From positions 1-64,000 of the forward strand of contig ADNK01002454.1 in assembly GCA_000320545.1 (NCBI GenBank): 64,000 bases of DNA. Reading direction: 5' to 3'. The notes beneath the pieces are model-generated. The model saw nothing but the letters and a program-made list of their open reading frames with translations, was not told the origin of the DNA and ran no database searches. The stretch is from Bigelowiella natans CCMP2755. Taxonomy: Eukaryota; Protista; Cercozoa. Both the position numbers and the translations under genes were made by a program. Below, in pieces: positions 55,200 to 64,000 of the stretch. How positions within the stretch are numbered: the first letter of the stretch is position 1; every line of letters starts with the position of its first letter.

Positions 55200-56331
55200 G
55201 TCATCCCCGCCTAATAGTCAACAAGTCTCCTCACAGCACCCAGAAGCAGTTAAAGAGAAAAAAGTAATAAGTAGTTATGAGTAACATAGTGTAGTAACAG
55301 CAGCAGCATCACCAACTAGAGTGCATTGTAATGTTGATATTATATGAAAAACAGTTACAGGAGCGCAAGTAGAATTTTGTTGTCGTTAGTGTTGCTGTTA
55401 TTGTGTCATAACAAAAGATTTTGTATTGTTTGTACGCTTGTTCTATTGACTTCAGTTCTCATCTCCAAGTAGTAATAACTCTGCACCTGAGCATAATCGG
55501 TACCATCACCATCAATTTCATCGCAAATCAAATTGTAGGAAAACAGATAGTACATTTCTGATATGGGGATTTGATGAATGCATTGCCATTATATGATATT
55601 TTGTTAGCACGTAACAATGTAGAATTTTAGTGCAACAACCATAGAAACAACACGTACCACAGCATTTTTATCCCGTAGCAAAATGCATATCATGATTCAT
55701 AATCAATCACCTTCCTCTTCAACAGTTTGTTTTTGCAAAAATAATCATATCACGTTTTGATCCTCCTCCTCTAATTTATTTTATCTGTATTTATTATTTT
55801 ATTTGTATTTATTATTCATAATGTAGACGACGCTCCCCATCTGATTTTACAATTATCTCTACTGACTCTGTACTACTACCTAAAAGAGGAGAGCAGATAC
55901 ATATTAGTATAACCACTAGTAGTAGTGGTCCCTGCAATGTAATAAGTGTGAATGTGTACATAAGGAAGAGCATTATGATGAGTATACAATAATAAATGTT
56001 GTTGCTGATGAAATATATTACAAGAAAGTACAAGTTTGATGCCAATAATCAGCAATGAATGCCGTGCATGCAAATTATGTCGTAACATTTTCTCGATGAT
56101 AAACTGAAGCAGCCACCTCTTAAAATGCTGTTATTCTTGATGTTATGCTTCTCCTTACCTCTGTGTTTCTCCTCTCTCCTCTTTTCTTCTTCGTTTTCTT
56201 CTTCATTTTGAATAGGTTCAAACTGGACCACTCACAATGATCAAAGAAGTAGAGCAGCCATCTTCGGAAATTATTATGAATAAGGAAGTAAAGAAAGAAC
56301 CAGGTTGCTATAAGTTTATATGATGATGACA

Positions 56332-56365
<34 letters not shown>

Positions 56366-58100
56366 CGAACGGTGATAATAATGTTGCTTTGCATTTTTCT
56401 GGTCAAAGATTAAATTATGAAGGATGCAGAAATCCACATATGCTTCTGCTGTATATGAGGCAATATTTACATTATCTTTTGTATATGATCATTACGCAGT
56501 TGAGCACGAAGTAAAGCCCAAGAGAAAGTCAGCAAATCGATATGTTACACCGTCCTTTCTTATACCTCCTATCTCTGCTCCTGCAAGCGCCACTACAACT
56601 GCTTTTGAATTTATTCAACATCACGATAATCCTCGTCATAACGGAGGGAGAATGACGCCAACTGAGAACAAGACGAGGATAAGTCTCCATAGATCTTTCA
56701 GAAGTGCATGGACGAGGGTTACTACCAAGCAGCCACTACTCTACCTCTCATCCACTCTTTTTTCAGCATAAATATTACACCGGAACTAAGCAGAAAATAC
56801 ACGTTCGATGCTCAAGGGATTTTTTCGAGCTTATTTTACAAAATATGTCTTACCTTAAATATCTTTTGTGTGCATCTTAGGTTAGCGATAAGTCTCCGTT
56901 TCAACGTAGAAGAAGATTCTCCCATATGCATCAGTTTGATGGTCTGCATAATCACTAAATAAGTAATATTACTAGCGCCTATTACTTTCAGGATAACACC
57001 AGCTGTCCTCAAGAATAAAGTAACGTGTCGGTCTCCTCGTCGTTCTATATATACTTGGTACAGTTCTAGCCGGAAGAAGCGTGGATCGTCAAGTAGCAAA
57101 AGATGATGGTAGCAGTAGTGGTAGTAATGCTACTACTACCACTCCAAAAAGTGAGCCGCCTCCTTCCTCAGTTAGTGAAAGAAGAAGAGGTATTATACAA
57201 AGAAAAACACAGAATGACTAACTGCTAGCAATAACATAAGAAGACCAAAATACTGTTTGAAATGGTGATAATGCTTGGGAGATTATTGTAAATGAAAGTA
57301 TTACTTGATGAAAACTCTCAACTATGATGATGCTGAGGATGATGTTGTTGTTGATGATGATGATGATGATGATGATGATATAGTCAAGCCTTCGCCACTA
57401 GAACAACGACACTATTCCTATCACTGATATCACTACTACTGCCATAGAAGTTGTTTTCCAGAAGGAACCTCACACTTCCTTGACATTTGTGACTATCATT
57501 CAAGTTCTAATATATGTTCTTCTCGTGCAATTGCTACAAACAGCTATAATGGCTATGAAAGAAGAGAAGGTTGGTATTAGTAGAACCAGCAGCAAGCATA
57601 AAGTGTCGTACTATTATCGGCAAAAGGATTATCTTGCACACCTAGCGAGACAAGCAATCATCTCACCTCGCTACCTACAACAACGGTGGAAGAAGAATTT
57701 GAGCAGAAAGGCACTTCTTCCCCAAAGAAACCTTGATCATGTTACACATTCTTCGAATACTACAACACCTACAACTACAACAACAATAAAAGCAAAAGCC
57801 AAAAGTGCTACTGCCACTACTACAAACGCTTACAACACGGGAAGAAGGTGGTTGAATTTTGCTCGAATTTATGACTGTATGCGTTGTGTATGTTCCCTTT
57901 ACACTTTGCGTGGTTCACACATTGTAAAACGAATCGCTCGGTAGAAGTAGTAGGTAGTAGTAGTAGTAGTGATAATAGTACGAGTATAAGTCTTCGTCCT
58001 TGCTTGCTACACCATGTCGATGCACTGCTCTTTGTTTTCTTTCTTTCAACGACTCACCCCTTCTCTACTTTCCTCATAATCCTCGCATTTTATGTTCAAC

Positions 58101-58139
<39 letters not shown>

Positions 58140-60095
58140 TCTGTGCGCGTTAAATCAGGAGTCTTCTCGTGAGATCTAAAGAAGTATCATCATCATCATC
58201 ATCTATTGAACCAATGGTATCGGTATCACCACCTACATTTCGATGGGACAATACAACTACTACTACTACTACTACTACTACTACACCGAATACAACTGCG
58301 GAGTTGAAAGATGATCATCATCATCATGATCCTGTACCTGCCGATACTACTACAACGCAACAACGAATAATGCAAAATGTTAGGTATGCTTCATTTAGAA
58401 ACACGTAGTAATAATAAATAATATTACCATTATTTCTTATTTTAGTTTGATGGTCCTCTTGATGATGATACATATGGTGCTAGCAAAGTCCTTTCTTGCT
58501 TTTTCTTTAAACTATATTCTCTTTATCTATAAAAATGTTAAATCACTATCATTATGACCATCGTCATCATCATCAATATTTTACACTCATCACCATCATT
58601 GTCAGAGATTCGAGCCATCGTTCTTTGCAGGGTAAAGCACAATGATAATCACCATCATTATCATCATCATCATTAATCATCGTTATCATCATCATCCTCG
58701 GCATAAAATATTTATATTATAGCATGTATGTGCTGTACACGAAACTAAGCAAACAGGTTATCAGACCAAGAAAAAAAACATCAATATTATCGGTCTGAGA
58801 TGACGACGATGATCATGATGATGATGATGATGATGACAATAACGAGAAATGAGTAGATAAATTTTGGAATGCTAGTAAGCTCATGAATTGTCTTCTTCAC
58901 TGCTGATGATCAGGATCACCGACATCAAGCAGCAATGTAAAGAACAAGTATATCATCGACTCCTCCTTAAGGAGGAAAGTCTTATCTCCTAGCCACTCTT
59001 CAATCAAATCGTTACGACGAACATTAATTAGTAGTAGTAGTAGTAAAAGCAGCAGCAGCAGCAGCAATAGTAGTACAATTACGGATCAGAGAAGAGGAAA
59101 AAGAAGAACCAGGAGAACCAGCCACCGTTATAAAGACGAAAATTTGTGGGTAGGGACAATATTTTGATCATACCAAATCAAAGCAAACACTGCTGCTGTA
59201 CACTACAAAATACACACGCACATACGCACAGATATGTCATAATTACATCTGATACTTAATCATCATCGTTCGTATTACTTTTTGTTTATTTTAGATTAAG
59301 AGGGTATGGGATGAGTACGAGAAAAACGAGGAAAAGGAAGAAGAAAAGGAGCACCACAACAAGAAGAAGAACAAGAAGAAGAACAAGAACAAGAAAAATT
59401 CCAATCCTGCTGATGATGATATTCAGAGTTCTCACACTACTACCACAACACCAAAAACAGTAGTGAAAGTAGAAATGGCAAGTAGTAGTAGATCACCACA
59501 TCCATCTCTGCCATCAATGGTAACAGTATCAAGTAGTAGATTTCATCATCATCGTCCGTATCGATTACGAATACGTGAGTCTTTGTCCAAGGGAAGAAGA
59601 AGAGGAAGAAGAATAAGTAGAAAGACGACGAATCCTTTGACTTTATCTGCAGCAATTTCCAAGGAAATGAAGTCAGGTTCATCATCAGTATCTAGTTGTC
59701 GCGACGGTGCCGACGAACCATACGAAGAAGAAGAAGAAGAAGAAGAAGAAGAAGAAGAAGAAAAAGAAAGCAAACAAGCTAACAACAGCGATCATAATGC
59801 TGATGATGCTTTCAAGAAATATGACGATGCTGCTAATAGTGATAATGATGACAATGACGACGACGGCAACGACGGGAAAAAGTTCTCCTCTCCCCTACGG
59901 CTGGCTATAGCTATTGCTCACACACCACGTATGAGTGAACGAATACAGAGTAGAAATAGTACACCAACGATGAGCGAAGTTGTTTTGAAGACGACGAGGA
60001 GCAGCAGCAGTGATACAGCGCCAGCTGCAGAAAAGAACAGGTAGAGGTACTACTACTACTACTACTAGTAGTAGTAGTATCATATTGACAACACC

Positions 60096-60130
<35 letters not shown>

Positions 60131-60587
60131 TAGTAATGGTAATAATAATCGTAAGAGTAACTACAGTTTACAATGCGTAAGTAAGTTTTGCAATTTTTGG
60201 TTGACGTATATTTGACAGAATGTTTATTTGTTCCGTAACATATGCTTCTCTCTCTCTCGCTCTCTCCCTTTCTCTTTTTGTGTGTGTGTGTGCGTATGTG
60301 TGTGTAATATCATGGGTGCATTGACGAATCTGATGGTGATCATTATTAGCACAAATTATAACGATGATAATGGTGAAGAAGACCGAGCGACGGTGATAAT
60401 GAAGAAGATGATGCACAATGACGATGCGGAAGGAAAGCATAGTAGCAAAGGAATAATGGCCATGGAAAGTATTGTATTTATTGTACTGTTGCTTTCGACC
60501 TATAGAATGTTCAAATCTCTCTCTTCTTCACCTTCCTTCTTTCCTTTGTGTTTCTCTCCAATATCTCTCTCTTATAGACGCAACAGG

Positions 60588-60628
<41 letters not shown>

Positions 60629-63600
60629 GACAGACAGACAGTCAGACATAAACACAGCCACAAGCACAAACTTACCTACACCAATTAGGAAAAGGAACAG
60701 GCTATTATCAGCATCACTTTCGAAACCAGCATCACCGAGATCGTCGTTACCATCATAACCGTCGGCCTTTGGAGCGATCTGTGTCATCAAACTCACTACA
60801 TAGTAGATATCCCTACTACCATCGTCATCATGGTCATCACCATGGCACCAGTAGTGTTTTTAGTGATAATGATATTGAGAATGATGATGATGATGCTACT
60901 ATAAAATTGCGTCGTCATCGTCGTAGTAGTTGTAGTCGCCACGCATCCTCTTCCAAAGGACGTCGTAGTTTGGGAAAAAACAGTGGAATCCTGCCGCTGA
61001 GAAATAGCTACTCGACTACAGAACTTCTTATTCCAAGGGTGGGTAGTTAGTAGAATTTAGTCTGTAATAGTGAGAGATATTATTATTTGGCCAATTTATA
61101 GCTACTCCTTATTGATCTAGTCAGCATCATCATCATCATCATCATCATATTTATCTTCATCATTACCATCATCATCATTCAGAGATTACGGAGAATTCAA
61201 CTCTCCAAGTCACTTAAACAATCACTCATGCAAACAGCAGGTAATAATAATGATGATGATGATGATGATGATTACAACGAATACCATGCAGACTACTTTC
61301 ATCATTCGTTGGCCTGATTGCATTGCCTTCATCACCATCGTCATTGAGTGTTAATTAAACCATCATCGTCCATATCAATACCCCCGTGAATGCTAAAGTC
61401 GTCATCATATAATTGCCTAGACGAAATTCGTTCATCTTCGGCATCACGTCAGAATTCACGCATACAATCAAGGTGATGTTGTTTAAAGTAGAAGTATTGT
61501 TCTTTGCTTGCAGTGGGTATGCATGCTGTTACATACTATTCCTTTTTGTAGGGCAAATAGTCCAACTGTGTCATCCAGCAGATCTTCGCAGCAATCTCCT
61601 AATGTTCCTGGCCAGCTTCTTCAATTTTTACAATCTTCTCATCAAAGTAATCATCATCAACAACTTCAAGATTATCATCATCATTTTCCCAGTGATGGTA
61701 GTGCTGCTGCAGCTGCTGCTTTGGGGAAGGAAGAACGTTCCTATTCAGTATCTTCATATTCACGTAATCATACATATGCTCACGATGACGAGCAGTAGTA
61801 TTATCAGTATTCCTCCTCTTCGTGTAGTTGTAGAATTTTGAAGTAGTAGTTGCAGGGTCATTCATTGAATCATTTATTATGTCTCGTGTCGTCACTCACT
61901 CTGCTGCCGTTTTATATGATGATGCACGTAATTTCCATCTCTTCATGCATTGTCTGATTGTATCTACAATCTCATCCAACAACAGCACGTCCTCGTCGTT
62001 CCCGTAACAACCACTACTACGACGGTGCGCTACGGCATGATTCTTCTTCGCCGTGCACCACACAAAGACAAGATGCTATACAACTTCCCCAAGCTACAGC
62101 TACTACCACTACAACTACTCCTACAAAATTGAATCTTGAGAAAAAGGAGGAGGAGGCAAAGAGTGCAACTACTACGATGCGTGATGACGATGCCAAAACT
62201 CATCATACTGCTACCGCTGCTGGTTCTTTTGCTGCGAATGGTTTTGAGAAGAAGATCGCGGCTAATTGTTCTCCTGCAGATGGTTTTGAGAAGAAGAGTA
62301 GCCCCTCCTCCTCCTCCATTTTAAAGGAAAAGGAGGATGAGGTAGGTATGGATGGTTATCTCGATAATGAGGAAGATGGTTTTCATGATAATAATGGAAA
62401 CATAGAGGAAGAGGAGGAGGAGGAGGAGGAGGAGGAGGAGGAGGAAGGGGGGGGAGGAGGTTCCTCTTCCACCATTTTGATGATGGAGAAAAAGCAGAAG
62501 GATACTTTCCGAGAAGAAAAAAAGCAAGAACAAAACAAAAGAACCAAGGATGATAACAACAACAGCAATATTACTGCTGTTACTGCTGCTGCTGATGCTG
62601 CCTCGAATACTACTGCTAATGCTACTACTATTGCTACGACGAAGACTACTCGTGTGGGTGTGACAAAGGAACGTGATAAAGATGATGATGATGATGATGA
62701 TGATGATGATAATGATAACAATACAGTTACCCAGAAGAAGACTATGTCCTCTTCCGCCTCTCCCTCTTCCCCCCCCTCCACTTCATACTCCTCGCCATCG
62801 TCGCTACTAGTGCGGTGGAGATCATTCTATTTATTTTTACGGTGATAACTCTTCTACTTCTATAATACCATATTATCATTTGTAAAGTAGCTGATTTTAC
62901 ACCGTCGTATAGATAAGTTATTATGCATGGCACTACTTAAATCTTCCAACGCATCCATGACGACTCATTATGATGGTGATGATGATGAAGATGATAAGAA
63001 AGACAAATATGGATGGAAACTACTTCGATGCTGATCACGATTTGATGATGATGACGATGATACCCCTTGTCAATATCATTATTATTTTCATCACTATCGT
63101 CATCATGTGCATTTTTGTACAAATGATGTCTCAATTAGGAAACGGAGAGTTGCCATGTTTGCTCTTGCTCTTTCGATATCAAGGAATCACATATCTTCAG
63201 CAGATGAGTAATGTTGTTATTTCATGCAATGGCTACATTGTTCTCAACTTCTACTGCTACTTTTACTACTTATTTCAGAAACATTAAAAACTGTATAACT
63301 AATCAATTATTGTGATTTATGAAATGTAACATATCACACCTATAGGGTATCTACCCTAACAATACAACATTGATAATAGAACTACAATTATCTAAAAGAG
63401 GATAGAATACAATCATTTAAGTATTGCATCCATAACGTGTATAGTAGGGAGGGAAGGAAGAAGGCCAGGCGTTATTCCTCATCAGCTTCTGCAAAGATAT
63501 TGTCATCATATCAGCAGCGTATGTACAGGAAATACAACAGTAGCAGCTCAAAGCATAATGGGGGATCATATAGTCAATACTTACGCAGTAGTAATCTTCA

Positions 63601-63679
63601 CAATACCCTTCGTGATAGTACAAAGCGTGTGGTTTCGGGACTAGAAGCAGAAATAATTGAGGCCTTCAAAGCAAGGTAA
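45131..63679 (+). CDS. Very long multi-exon gene: N-terminal Sfi1-like Trp/basic repeats (~47-51.5 kb) followed by a Ser/Thr/acidic low-complexity region; boundaries uncertain, could be more than one gene
   Basis: Many small GT-AG-bounded + strand exons read RLFLGWKNIADYQ, AVEFRGRVLVTVAISSWK, KQGFIFQAWTD, LSIVLRYWRAWSKAFLRRSAFTRWLR, VSLVFQKWR, SHWRRWKH, KKAFGAWR, resembling the A-x7-L-x3-F-x2-W Sfi1 repeat. Later open exons include 52296-52856, 53370-54325, 59296-60040 and 61958-62840. I saw no GCTAGC spacer within the span. Confidence 0.5.
49051..49125. repeat. (GTA)n microsatellite, intronic
   Basis: Direct reading. A complementary (CTA)n tract lies at 48906-48950 on the other side of the exon. 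Confidence 0.95.
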
Positions 63680-63889
63680 TGATGATGAAGAAAAGGCCAT
63701 TTTTACGATGAAAGTGAACCATTGCACTGAAAAGAAGAGAAAAAACTAATTGGAGAAAACGGATAACCTACTTCGTCCAGTGGTTGCATGATACACCATT
63801 TCTACTTACTGCTTTTGATTTTCATATTTGCCGCTAATGAGTTTGCCAATCAATGAGTATTCTTATCAATGCCTATCTATCTAATACTA

Positions 63890-63939
<50 letters not shown>

Positions 63940-64000
63940 TATATGAGAATATTAACATGTGTATCATGAAAAGGCGGAGGGCAATTAGCCGAGAGACCGT

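Overview
This is an intron-dense, microsatellite-rich eukaryotic nuclear region using the standard code and GT-AG introns. The style resembles a protist such as a chlorarachniophyte, but that is inference only. Splicing by eye gives nine protein-coding genes that strictly alternate strand: TM9SF/nonaspanin 3' end (+), organelle-type TypA/BipA GTPase (-, ~33 exons), a LamG-mucin-REJ-GPS-multi-TM-PDZ polycystin-like receptor (+), kinesin-1-like motor (-), a 71-aa G-protein gamma subunit absent from the ORF track (+), TEY-type MAP kinase (-), a UFSP/C78 protease with N-terminal UIM and C-terminal CaaX (+), DDX55/Spb4 helicase (-), and a very long Sfi1-repeat-like, low-complexity gene (+). The most striking non-coding structure is a repeating layout. 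Every head-to-head pair shares a short intergenic region carrying TGCGACA/TGTCGCA motifs, often as inverted pairs. Every tail-to-tail pair is separated by a 0.5-1 kb block rich in the palindromes GCTAGC/GCATGC/TGCA. Intronic microsatellites also tend to be polar (G-containing triplets 5', complementary C-containing triplets 3'). No rRNA, tRNA, CRISPR or transposase was recognised. Most short ORF-track ORFs are microsatellite or antisense artefacts.
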